Assembly: GCA_038087875.1 (NCBI GenBank)
Contig: CM075993.1
Span: 9,674,001-9,738,000 of the forward strand
Direction: 5' to 3'
DNA length: 64,000 nucleotides
Source of the DNA: Malacoraja senta
Lineage: Eukaryota
Positions 52,801 to 61,260 of this stretch are shown one piece after another (position 1 is the first letter of the stretch; every line of letters begins with the position of its first letter). A program made the position numbers and the translations under genes. The notes below the pieces were generated by a model that saw only the letters and a list, made by a program, of their open reading frames with translations, searched no databases and had not been told where the DNA came from.

Positions 52801-55800
52801 CTTCGACACGGTGAGGTCTTTGACTGAAGCTTGGCATTGTAGGGTTTAGCTGCCGACCCAGAACCATCACCACAGCCAGGGTTCGGGGCATTTTGTATGG
52901 CACTGTGGAAAGAAAGCCACATACAATTATCCATTATGGTAAAATAGTATAACGTATAACCACATTAATAATATTTACAGGTTTTACATAATAACATTTA
53001 CAGATTTTCTTTTTGATAATCCAAATTAAACAGGGGGAGCAGAATTCTTTTAAATTTAGTTCCATAATTTAATTTACAACGCTTATAAATGTACATCTTA
53101 TTGCTGGATGAGGTTANNNNNNNNNNNNNNNNNNNNNNNNNNNNNNNNNNNNNNNNNNNNNNNNNNNNNNNNNNNNNNNNNNNNNNNNNNNNNNNNNNNN
53201 NNNNNNNNNNNNNNNNNNNNNNNNNNNNNNNNNNNNNNNNNNNNNNNNNNNNNNNNNNNNNNNNNNNNNNNNNNNNNNNNNNNNNNNNNNNNNNNNNNNN
53301 NNNNNNNNNNNNNNNNATTCTACTCCTATCACATGATTTTATGATCTTTTCTAGCAGTCCCTCAAGTTCAAAGATGACTGTGTTGTGGGTTCCGAGAGGC
53401 TGATGTGACCAATGCAAATTCCTCCTTCATGTCCAATGAATCCCAATCCTTCCATTGCTGGGGTAGAATTAGGGTTGTGTAGGTTGTTTCAAAACCTGAG
53501 GGGAGGAGGATTTAAAAAAATATATATTTTTTTCTCTCCCCATCTGTAATTTGGGATTCAATGCTGGGATATTGGCCTGGGAGAGAACACAGACATTGGA
53601 GGGACAGCACATCAATTGACTCGGCGTTTTCAGTGGTAACATACACAACACCTTCTGAATAATCTGCTCTTCAACTATCTCTGGCCAAGGCACAGAGCGA
53701 TAGTCAAAGATGGAGAAATGCGTGCTCATATGGCGATGTCGAAGAGGCAACGAAGTGGGCCGCTGGAGACCCTGAAGCTCCATTAGATCGGCTGCTACTC
53801 CAGGTAGCCGAGTTCGCGGATTGGACCTGGCATGTAGTGGTGGAGCAACAGTAGGGGACATCCACAAATCGTCTGGCCAGTCCGACCCTCTGTAACTCCG
53901 CCAGTGCCGCCTCCAGGGCAACTTATTTTAAAATTCTGATTTGAAGGGTACAATATGGCATCTAAAGCATGGCGACGTGTACTGGCTCAGTGTGGTCTAC
54001 CGTTTTACACTCATATACTTCGTATGATTGTGCTGACAGAGTAATTTTCACCACCCAATCTTCAAATGAAGCCAATTTCAGTCAATCAATATTTAAACAA
54101 ACTCAGTTTTGAATCCAAGCTAGACTCACGTGAAATCTTGCAGAAGGACACGGGCCGGCCAGAAGGGGACATCTGTTTGGGTTTGTTGATTTTTCCAATC
54201 AAGAATAGTTAAAGCATCTTCTTTTTTCACATTATGTCCATCACAATTTCGAATAGCAGCCTCAAATAATATACGGATGAGTATGGCAGTCCCACTTTTA
54301 GATACAAAGGTCAAATCAAATGAAAACTAGTGTGAAAACAATGAAATATTTACCTAACATTTTGTACTTACATAAGCCACGAAATGCCAGTTAATGGTTT
54401 TTTAATGCATCTCAAATATAAATACATAGGTTTATCAGTGGCAGACAAAATACGTTGAACACAACTACAACATTCAAAGGATATGTGAGAGGAATAAACA
54501 CAGTCTTTTGCCCAAAGTAGGGGAATCGAGAACCACAGGACATAGGCTCTTATTAAATCTTCCCTTCCCCACCCCCCCCCCCCCTCTTTTAACCTGAGGG
54601 GGAACTTTTTTTTTACACAAAGGATGTCGGTCTATGGAACAAGCTGCCGGAGGAGGTAGTTGAGGCAGGTTCTTTCGTAATGTTTAAGAAACAGTTAAGC
54701 AGGTACATGGATAGGTTCGTTTAGAGGGATCTGCGCCAACGCAGGCGGGTGGGACTAGTGTAGATGGGACATGTTGGTCGGTGTGAGCAAGTTGGGACGA
54801 AAGGCCTACTGTACGATTCTATGCAATTATTTTGTTCACTGCTTTCATGAATTGTACATTGCTTCCATCTTAATCTTACTGTGTGTTTTTAAATAAGGCT
54901 GACAATGCATCAGTAGAACAGAACAAGGTCACTGCTATATCAACCTTGTAATTGCTGCTTTCTCATTCTCTTCTGTGAACACATTGCCTTTTCCTTTATT
55001 AAGGCAATAACTCGTGCTTACATGCAATTCTCCATGGATTGTCACCTTGTCGTGGTGGAGAACCTTGTGTGGTCCTGAGATCCTGAGAGCGATGCCGCCT
55101 GGAGCTATGCTCCTGGTAGGGCCACCCATGGCGGTAAGGTCGAGGGGAGGTCCCTGACAAAGAGCAATCCAACCAAGACCTCAACAGTGGAACAGGCGGA
55201 GGATGATGGCTGACCTCAGTGGAGCGTCACAATGGCTGGGAAGGCGGATGAAGGCTGCAGCAGAAAAGGATCTCCGGTCGTCTTGTACTCCATGCCACTG
55301 GATCCTGACCCAGATCTGTCAAGGACCATGTGGTGGTTGCCTGTGCACCAGTCTTCCCACGTTAAACCAAGTCATGCACAGGCATCCTCCAACCCTGGAA
55401 ATACCCATGGTCAGCCAAGACCGAGGGGGGCCTAAAGGACATGCAATTCTCCAGCAGCAGTATAACAGTTCAGTCTGGGAGCGTATAACAGTTCAGTCTA
55501 ATGACCACTGTTCCACGTGAGCTTTCAGGCCAACTCGGTAAGCTGGCCAACTAACGCCTCCCTTGAGTCTGGGACTCCACAGCAGTTGTAAAAAGGCTGA
55601 CGATCTCAGCAGATCATGAATCAAACTTGGTGCAAGACTCTCTTTCGTCTGCCTGAAACCTGTTGGGCTCCCAGCACAGCAAGATGTCCATCAGGAAAGG
55701 TTGTCAAATGACCCATTCCAGACTGCAAGGCGACATGCTGAGGGACGCACTGAAGCCTGGTGCAGCCAATGCCAAGGCTCTGTGGGCGGAGGATCACAAC

Positions 55801-57107
55801 CTAGGGTCTTTCCAATGAGGTTATTACCTCAAAGGGTTACATGAGTGGCAAGGGTGTTTTGTTTAAAGATAGGTGTGAACACTAATGTACAGATGCCGAG
55901 AATGCCTGAAGAGGTTTTTTTCCCCACAGTTTTTGTTTTGTATTTTCTTAAATTCTGAATAAAGACGATTTTTGGAGAAAAGATAAGAATCAAACTTGTA
56001 ACCTCCAGGTCTGCATGACCCTATGATATCAACTTCAGTTTTTGGTATCTTATCACTTACTTTACCAGCTCTCCAGACCATTTTTAGAATGTTAAATTGA
56101 GTAAGCAGATTCAAATACAGGGGAGATTATGGTTAGATTATTAGATATAGTTAGATTATGGGTGGTTAGATTAGATATAATTAGATTATGGGTAGTGTTA
56201 GGGTGGACAGAGGAAATATTCGACTAAATGTATTACTGGAAGAGCGATGCAATACATGTAGCTGTAGAAAATGTACACCAGCATGATGCAGAAAGAAACA
56301 TAGTACCCCAGCAAAGAGAGAATCAACTATTTTAGACAGTGGGTTTAAAAAAATTGGTTTGGGGGGGAAATAGTTTGTTTCTGGCACAGTGAAAGCAGTT
56401 TATAGGCAATTCTCAGGAACGGAACCCTTATTCAACCTGGGGACTACCTGTATTTAATAAATGTCTATTAATCAGTTTTTCTGCAGAGGAGTCAATCAAT
56501 GGGAGGGGGAAACAGGGTAAGGAGGAATAGAAAGGGCCCAGATAATTGAGGACCTCCTATGATGTTTAAACTTTAAATTTGTTTCCGAGTTATAAAATTG
56601 ATCAGCACCGTGGTGCAGCTGCCGTTACATAACACCAGAGACCCGGGTTCAATCCCGACCCCAGGTATTATCCGATGGACTTTGCACGTTCTCCCTGTGA
56701 CCATGGGAGTTTCATTTGGGAATTCTGGTTTCTTCCCGAAGACATGTAGATTGGTGAGTTAAATAGCCATTGTCAATTGCCCCTGGCGGATGAAAGTGAT
56801 AGAATCAGAGAGCACTTCATGAGAATGTGTGGAGAATTTTTAAAATAGCATTAATAGAATATGGGCAGTTGATGGTCAGTGATTGTTGGCCACATTGCCC
56901 GTTTCCAATCTGTATGATTCCAGGAAGTTATTGAATGGATGTGTAAAGCAAAGCATGACCACCCCTTCATTTCAAATAACACTATTGGCCAAAACATATT
57001 TGAAAACATCTCACCATATCTTGGGTCACTGAGTTTAAGGACATTGAAGTATTTTTTATCAGGATCATCTGCAGATAATGGCTCAATTAAGTGATGAAAG
57101 GGATGTC
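7775..57107 (-). CDS. IREB2: Iron-responsive element-binding protein 2 (IRP2), multi-exon gene span; exon 1 not seen, exon 4 missing, two 1-nt frameshifts in this assembly
   Basis: 20 exons with GT-AG boundaries translate to an aconitase-family IRP. It has the IRP2-specific Cys-rich insertion (AIQNAPNPG...CPFHLQPV), [21 protein letters not shown] and YGSGNSRDW. Exon phases match throughout except at the two frameshifts and the missing exon. Confidence 0.96.
8466..8718 (+). mobile_element. HE1-like V-SINE, internally deleted
   Basis: gtggcgcagcggtagagttgctgccttacagcgcc...ggttcgatact head; tail tatctctaaagtctaaa. Confidence 0.75.
8934..9278 (+). mobile_element. CR1-clade LINE 3' fragment
   Basis: [10 protein letters not shown]...[11 protein letters not shown]...[15 protein letters not shown], a typical CR1 ORF2 C-terminus, plus 3'UTR. 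Confidence 0.85.
10430..10615 (-). CDS. IREB2: IREB2 exon 21 (186 nt)
   Basis: cag|GGA GTG...ATA ACG|gtacgg; [32 protein letters not shown]...[10 protein letters not shown]. Confidence 0.95.
10706..10828 (-). CDS. IREB2: IREB2 exon 20 (123 nt)
   Basis: cag|CTC GAT...TTG CTG|gtacaa; [41 protein letters not shown]. Confidence 0.96.
10916..11063 (-). CDS. IREB2: IREB2 exon 19 (148 nt)
   Basis: cag|C CTC ACT...CAA ACG|gtaagc; [49 protein letters not shown]. Confidence 0.96.
11101..17228 (-). mobile_element. Full-length (6.1 kb) L1 with disrupted ORF1 (~17073-15990) and ORF2 (15215-~11440), in IREB2 intron 18, sense orientation
   Basis: 13-bp TSD gatttgcaaactt (11088-11100, 17229-17241). 5' end GACTTCCGG. 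Endonuclease [39 protein letters not shown]-terminal CDKC...H; AATAAA at 11128-11133. Confidence 0.95.
18274..18416 (-). CDS. IREB2: IREB2 exon 18 (143 nt)
   Basis: cag|ACC AAG...AGG GG|gtgagt; [48 protein letters not shown]. Confidence 0.96.
20335..21299 (-). mobile_element. Non-autonomous ~965-bp element with an L2-type 3' end and (TAT)n tail, inserted in the CR1
   Basis: Minus-strand end tgtaaggtgtccttgggttttagaaaggcgcc..aaataaaatgaa(tta)n. 5-bp TSD tagat (20330-20334, 21300-21304). The CR1 frame resumes after it. Confidence 0.7.
22334..22550. mobile_element. PIF/Harbinger-type MITE (217 bp)
   Basis: TIRs tgggcctgtcccacttaggcga / tcgcctaattgggacaggccca and TAA TSD. Removing it restores CR1 PVSL-TSVIGK. 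Confidence 0.85.
23509..23586 (-). mobile_element. Short CR1/SINE-type 3' tail with (ggttat)n repeats inserted in the CR1
   Basis: TSD aggat (23504-23508, 23587-23591); minus-strand gaagggccgagatggcctgtttccgtgctg tail. Confidence 0.65.
24662..24766 (-). CDS. IREB2: IREB2 exon 17 (105 nt)
   Basis: cag|AAA GGA AAT...AAA CTT|gtaagt; [35 protein letters not shown]. Confidence 0.94.
25258..26422 (+). mobile_element. Rex1/Babar-like LINE, 5' part (endonuclease and linker)
   Basis: FTETWL...GGGVCLMVN...[11 protein letters not shown]...YLPP...[14 protein letters not shown]. Confidence 0.85.
26423..31834. mobile_element. L1 with 5' inversion (26423-~28460 minus, ~28461-31834 plus), inserted in the Rex1-like LINE
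   Basis: TSD agaagatc(t/c)atc (26411-26422, 31835-31846). Endonuclease ORFs on minus; RT and C-terminal ORFs on plus; A-rich tail at ~31800-31834. Confidence 0.9.
29293..29881 (+). mobile_element. Rex1-like LINE 3' fragment with (tatc)n tail, nested in the L1
   Basis: [32 protein letters not shown]...[18 protein letters not shown]...RFKNSFFP; aataaagattctatctatctatct. Confidence 0.8.
31847..33365 (+). mobile_element. Rex1/Babar-like LINE, 3' part (RT) with (cttga)n tail
   Basis: [41 protein letters not shown]; tail ctcttgacttgacttgac. Confidence 0.9.
33854..34104. mobile_element. Palindromic hammerhead-bearing element (~250-nt fold-back)
   Basis: Arms are reverse complements around cagactgcagtctg (33971-33984). 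Same family as 5635-5969. Confidence 0.75.
33982..34009 (+). ncRNA. Minimal type-I hammerhead ribozyme motif with canonical CUGAUGA
   Basis: CUGAUGA-A-GGGU(CUCG)ACCU-GAAAC-GUC. Confidence 0.7.
34172..34296 (-). CDS. IREB2: IREB2 exon 16 (125 nt)
   Basis: aag|GT GTA AAT...ATA GAG|gttagt; [42 protein letters not shown]. Confidence 0.94.
34389..34545 (-). CDS. IREB2: IREB2 exon 15 (157 nt)
   Basis: cag|GGT GAC...TTG G|gtaagc; [52 protein letters not shown]. Confidence 0.96.
35164..36158 (+). mobile_element. Composite non-autonomous Helitron-like element with two 3' termini
   Basis: Starts a|TC. Hairpins cagaccc-aac-gggtctg (35590-35606) and gggaccc-aac-gggtccc (36131-36147) are each followed by CTAG|t (35615-35618, 36155-36158). 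No TSD; it splits a CR1 3' fragment. Confidence 0.65.
35415..35520 (+). repeat. 36-bp tandem repeat, ~3 copies
   Basis: attttctccgaaaacgac(g/a)ccatctttttttcgccg starting at 35415, 35451 and 35487. Confidence 0.9.
37086..37341 (+). mobile_element. Hammerhead-bearing element with a short inverted 5' segment; hammerhead motif 37249-37276
   Basis: 15-bp TSD tcatattatgagctg (37071-37085, 37342-37356); CUGAAGA-A-GGGU(UUCG)GCCC-GAAAC-GUU. Confidence 0.75.
37427..37511 (-). CDS. IREB2: IREB2 exon 14 (85 nt)
   Basis: cag|G TTT GAA...AAA ACG|gtaaat; [28 protein letters not shown]. Confidence 0.94.
37535..37790 (-). mobile_element. HE1-like V-SINE
   Basis: Same B box, core and (ctaaa)n tail as 4715-5030. 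Confidence 0.8.
39633..39768 (-). CDS. IREB2: IREB2 exon 13 (136 nt)
   Basis: cag|GT TTG CTG...CTT GG|gtaggt; [46 protein letters not shown]. Confidence 0.95.
39935..40206 (+). mobile_element. Tx1-like LINE extreme 3' fragment
   Basis: [45 protein letters not shown] followed by an AT-rich 3'UTR. Confidence 0.5.
43352..43511 (-). CDS. IREB2: IREB2 exon 12 (160 nt)
   Basis: cag|GTT GGC...GCA G|gtaaag; VGFKGFQ...[24 protein letters not shown]. Confidence 0.95.
44932..45048 (-). CDS. IREB2: IREB2 exon 11 (117 nt)
   Basis: cag|GTA ATA GAA...GAA AAG|gtatgt; [39 protein letters not shown]. Confidence 0.95.
46138..46238 (-). CDS. IREB2: IREB2 exon 10 (101 nt)
   Basis: cag|GT TAT...TCA CAG|gtgatt; [34 protein letters not shown]. 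Confidence 0.94.
46335..46506 (-). CDS. IREB2: IREB2 exon 9 (172 nt)
   Basis: cag|CAA CTT CGC...ACA G|gtctgg; [57 protein letters not shown]. Confidence 0.95.
46602..46741 (-). CDS. IREB2: IREB2 exon 8 (140 nt)
   Basis: cag|GG GTT GGC...ACC AAG|gtaggg; [47 protein letters not shown]. Confidence 0.95.
46798..47098 (-). mobile_element. HE1-like V-SINE
   Basis: tRNA-like head, core and CR1-type tail as in the other copies. Confidence 0.8.
47143..47170 (+). ncRNA. Minimal hammerhead motif in a single-arm copy of the element (47141-~47270)
   Basis: CUGAAGA-A-GGGU(GCUG)ACCC-GAAAC-GUC. Confidence 0.65.
48384..48567 (-). CDS. IREB2: IREB2 exon 7 (184 nt)
   Basis: cag|TGG...TGG G|gtgagt; [29 protein letters not shown]...[15 protein letters not shown]. 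Confidence 0.95.
48935..50433 (+). mobile_element. Tc1-family DNA transposon, degenerate, IR/DR-type long TIRs
   Basis: TA TSD. TIRs ca(a/g)tgccctccataatgtt..., with internal direct repeat cataatgtttgggacac. Frameshifted transposase ([34 protein letters not shown]). Splits a SINE. Confidence 0.93.
50795..50864 (-). CDS. IREB2: IREB2 exon 6 (70 nt)
   Basis: tag|A CCA GAA...CTT AAG|gtgagc; [23 protein letters not shown]. Confidence 0.93.
52308..52635 (-). mobile_element. HE1-like V-SINE
   Basis: ggcacagtggcgcagcgggtagagctgccgcc head and typical core/tail. Confidence 0.75.
52681..52902 (-). CDS. IREB2: IREB2 exon 5, IRP2-specific Cys-rich insertion (222 nt)
   Basis: cag|T GCC ATA CAA...GTG GCT GA|gtacgg; [74 protein letters not shown]. 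Confidence 0.93.
53117..53316. other. Assembly gap (200 N) between IREB2 exons 3 and 5
   Basis: Run of exactly 200 N. Confidence 0.99.
54130..54294 (-). CDS. IREB2: IREB2 exon 3 (165 nt as assembled; 1-nt deletion)
   Basis: aag|TG GGA CTG CCA TAC TC[-] ATC CGT...TTC AC|gtgagt; (V)[19 protein letters not shown]...[10 protein letters not shown]. Confidence 0.92.
55035..55438 (+). mobile_element. Short non-autonomous element derived from an RTE-clade (Rex3/BovB-like) 5'UTR
   Basis: 15-bp TSD acatgcaattctcca (55020-55034, 55439-55453). Head ggattgtcaccttgtcgtgg...cctggtagggccacccatggc...ctgacaaagagc resembles RTE 5'UTRs as I recall them. Confidence 0.65.
57015..57107 (-). CDS. IREB2: IREB2 exon 2 (93 nt)
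   Basis: tag|GA CAT CCC...AGA TAT G|gtgaga; (G)[30 protein letters not shown] resembles the IRP N-terminus. Confidence 0.85.
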
Positions 57108-57504
57108 CTACAATGGAAAGAGAAAAAATGTTTATTGTATAACATCAAATATATTTATGTTTAACAATCTACTACACCTTCTAACCACGACATATCTGAT
57201 TAATTGTTTACTCAGATAAAGTACAAGGGCTGGCAGAGTATTAGCTTTTCAGGGCTCGACACAACAGAATGAACGATCTATTTAATAAATAAACAGTGAG
57301 GTGAAGGGCGTACATACAGGTTTGAAACAACTTCAAGCTGGGCTACACAGAGCATCAGTAACACATCTGCCAAAGGTATGGAACTCAATGAGTCAATTCA
57401 ATGATTCAATTACTCATTTCAATGATACTTAATTCAATGATATTTTATTGCCACATGTACCCAAGTATAGTGAAATGCTTTGTTTCGCATTCAACCCGGT
57501 AAAA

Positions 57505-58126
57505 TTGTGGAGATTCGGTATGTCAGAGAGGATTCTCTTGAACTTCTACAGATGTACAGAAGAGAGCATATTGACTGGTTACATCACGGCCTGGTTCAGC
57601 AACTTGAATGCCCAGGAGCGAAGACTGCAAAAAGTTGTGAACACTGCCCAGTCCATTACAGGATCTGACCCAACCCCATCATCGAAGGGATTTACAGGAG
57701 TCGCTGCCTCAAAAAGGCAGCCAGCATCATCAGAGCCCCACACCACTTGGCCACACTCTCATTTCATCCCAGCCATCGGGAAGAAGGTACAGGAGACTGA
57801 AAACTGTAACGTCCAGGTTCAGGAACAGCTTCTTTCCCTACAACCATCAGGCTATTAAACACTACATCCTCCATTAAGCTCTGAACTACATAGACTATTA
57901 TTGTACTATTATTGTTGTTTGTTTTTTATGTGTACGTATGTATGTGTATGAACGTGCGAGTGCGGGTGTGTGCGCGTGAGTATGTGCATATAAACACACA
58001 CTGAACTTTTTTCTCATTTATTGTGTTTACAGTGTACAATGTTTACATATTCTGTTACGCTGCTGCACGTAAGAATTCCATTGTTCGATCTGGGACATAT
58101 GACATTAAAACACTCTTAACTCTTGA
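57505..58126 (+). mobile_element. Rex1-like LINE 3' fragment
   Basis: LWRFGMSERILLNFYRCTEESILTGYITAWFSN...; 3'UTR matches 33180-33365. Confidence 0.8.
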
Positions 58127-58842
58127 AAGTCATATAGCAGACCTTCCCTAGGCAGCACAAAAGTATCGCCACATTTGGTACTGACAAAATGACAAACGTT
58201 CATGGAACAATCCTGACTACTGCCTGACGCATGTGTCAACCGTCACCCCCCCAGGTCCCCCTCCAGTCCTGGCGCCACCCTCATCACCCCCGGTCCCAGC
58301 GTTTTCGGTTGCCGCCAAGTAGCTGAAAACTAAAGCATCAGATCTTCCAATTCTTGTGTGGACTTAAAACATGCAAAGTGTGTGGAAAGTCAAGTCAGAC
58401 ACCGTGTTTCTTAAAACACGACCCTGCAATTTATACTCGAGTGTACCAATACTCTATCCTTGAGCACTGATAACTCTCAACTCCATTCCAGCTTTTTTCT
58501 TTATTCATTTTTTCAGGCTCTCGTCAAAGGCGGGGATTCTCCATCCCTGACCACGCTTAAGAGAGGGTGGTGAGCAGCCACCGTAACCCACGACAGCCCG
58601 CGATGAAGGAGTTGAGGAAGGAGTTCCACGGCTCGCACACGGTGCCTACAAAGGAACGGCAATACCACTGCAAGTGAAAATAGTGCGCAACTCAGAGGGG
58701 AACCTGTAGCTGGTGGTGCACCCATGTACCTGAAGCTCTCAAAATGTGTAGGAACTTCAGACTCTGGTTTAAATCGAAGGTAGACAAAATCCTGGAGTAA
58801 CTCAGCAGGGTCCGGCAGCATCTCTGGAGAGAAGGAATGGGT

Positions 58843-58869
58843 GACGTTTCGGGTCAAGACCCTCTTCAG
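58843..58869 (-). ncRNA. Minimal type-I hammerhead motif with canonical spacing, sense to IREB2
   Basis: CUGAAGA-GGGU(CUUG)ACCC-GAAAC-GUC within an element copy at ~58750-58873. Confidence 0.7.
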
Positions 58870-59131
58870 ACTGATTGCCTTTCCTCTGACTGGTTAGCAC
58901 ACAACAGAAGCTTTTCACTGTACCTCGGTACATGTGACAATAAACTAAACTATTGCAGGTGGTGCACAATGTACCTGCTACATAGCAATAGTGTGGGGGA
59001 TTAATGTGGTAGATGTCAAGCCCTAGATGGTGCAGAGCATCCTTGGTATTGTCAGAGCTGCAAACATCCTGGGCACGTGGAAGGAAATCCTTCATAGTCC
59101 TGATTTGTGCCTTGTAGACGGTGGAAGGCCA

Positions 59132-61260
59132 TCAAGTCAAGTCAAGTCACATTTATTTATATAGCACATTTAAAAAACAACTCTCGTTGGCCAAAGTGCT
59201 TTACATTTGTTATAAGAATAATATAAACAAACAAACTACATACATATATACATATAGCCCTCGCTCAGAGGACGTCAAGAAAGGCTTGGGAGTATAGATA
59301 CGTTTTTAGTCTTGACTTAAAGGCGTCGATGGAGGGGGCAGTTCTGATAGGAGGGGGGGGATGCTGTTCCACAGTCTAGGAGCTGCAACCGCAAAGGCGC
59401 GGTCGCCCCTGAGCTTATGCCTAGACCGCGGGATATTCAGCAACCCCAAGTCGGCCGATCTGAGGGACCTGGAGGGGGAGTGGTGGGTGAGAAGACTTTT
59501 AATGTAGGGGGGGGCAAGCCCATTGAGGGCTTTGTAGACATGGAGGAGGATCTTGAAATGTATATGGAACCGCACAGGGAGCCAGTGGAGAGAGGCCAGG
59601 ATCGGGTGATGTGGTCCCTTTTTCGGGTGCCCGTCAGGAGTCTCGCAGCGGCGTTTTGGACCAGTTGCAGGCGGGACAGGGAAGATTGGCTGATGCCAGT
59701 GTAAAGGGAGTTGCAGTAATCTAGGCGGGAGGAGATAAATGTGTGGATGATCTTTTCGGGGTCATCAAAGTGGAGGAATTGTTTTATTTTAGCTATCGCC
59801 CAAAGCTGAAAGAAGCTAGCTTTTACCACAGCATTGACTTGTTTGTCAAATTTCAGTGCTGAGTCAAATATCACGCCAAGGTTTTTGACGTGAGGTTTGA
59901 GTACTGGGGTAAGGCTTCCAAGGCTGCCTGCTATCATTTTGATTGAGTCCGAGGGGCCGAGAAGGATGACCTCAGACTTACTCTCGTTTAGTTGGAAGAA
60001 GTTCTGGGCCATCCAACACTTTATATCCTCGAGGCAGCGGGTAAGGTTAAGCAGATTTGATTGGTTTTTGGGCTTCAGGGGGAGATAGAGTTGTGTATCG
60101 TCTGCGTAGCAATGGAAGGAAATGCCGTGCCTTTCAATGACTTGGCCTAAGGGGAGCGTATACAGGGAGAAGAGAATGGGGTCAAGGGTGGAACCTTGTG
60201 GAACCGCACAGCAGAGATTAGCTGGGGAGGAGAAAGAGTTGCCTATGCTAGTCGAGAAACTCCTACCTTTGAGGTAGGAGATGAACCAGCTCAGGGCAGT
60301 GCCATCAATACCAACCCCGTACCGGAGACGGTCAATTAGGATGGTGTGGTCGACAGTATCAAATGCTGCGCTGAGGTCAAGGAGCAGGATTGCACGGTCG
60401 CCGGAGTCAACGGTGAGCAGTAGGTCATTATGTACCTTCAACAAGGCAGACTCTGTGCTGTGGTGAGCCCTGAAACCTGATTGGTAAGTTTCCAAGATAG
60501 TGTTTTGGTGAAGGTAAGACATAAGTTGACTTAAAATTACCTTTTCAAGGGCTTTTGAGAGGAAAGGCAGTTTAGAAATGGGTCTGTAGTTGCTTGGCAA
60601 GGTGGGGTCGAGGTTAGGTTTTTTCAGGAGTGGCTGGACCACCGCATGCTTGTAGCAGGTAGGTACAGTGCCAGTGGCCAGAGAGCTGTTGAAGATGGCG
60701 AGGATGCTGGGACCGGCTGTTGTAATTACGTCCTTTAGCAGGGCAGAGGGGACAGTGTCGAGGGGGCAGGTAGTAGGTTTCATGGTGGTGATCAGTTTTA
60801 CAAGGGAGGGTAGAGTAACGGGTTGGAAACAATCTAATTTTGAAGAGCAGACCAATGAGACAGCCAGGTCACGGGTGGGAGGGGAAATATTTGTTCTTAT
60901 GTTTTTTACCTTGCTGGTGAAAATGTAGTAAATTCCTCGCACTTAGCAGGGGACCCAGTTAAGCTGGTGCTGGGGGCAGGACAAATGAGGAGGTGATGGT
61001 GCTAAAAAGGACCTTGGAATTATGAGCGGTTTTGGAGATAAGGGTGGAAAAGTATTTAGTTCTTGCAGATTTTACCGCTTCCTGGTAATTGTGAAGATTG
61101 TTTTTTCAGGAGTTCAAAGGAAATTTGAAGCATCAGATTTGTACTTCCATTCTGATTTTCTGCATTCTCTTCTAGGGCTCTGGTGGAGTCATTGAGCCAC
61201 GGCTCGCCTTTAGGCTTAGGCTTTTTCATCAAGAGGGGAGTTAGTTGCTGCTGTATACTC
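59132..61260 (-). mobile_element. L2-clade LINE, 5'-truncated, with long RT ORF 60942-59437
   Basis: NYRPISKLPFLSK, LLLDLSAAFDTVDH, VPQGSTLDP, YADDTQ, SRLDYCN; L2 3' tail tgtaaagcactttggcc...gctatataaataaatg(tgact)n. Confidence 0.93.

Noticed and set aside
7775..57107. Calling the gene ACO1/IRP1 or a pseudogene
   Set aside because: The IRP2-specific exon 5 and the Lys/Asn active-site substitutions identify IREB2. The only lesions are two single-base deletions and a gap, typical of assembly error.
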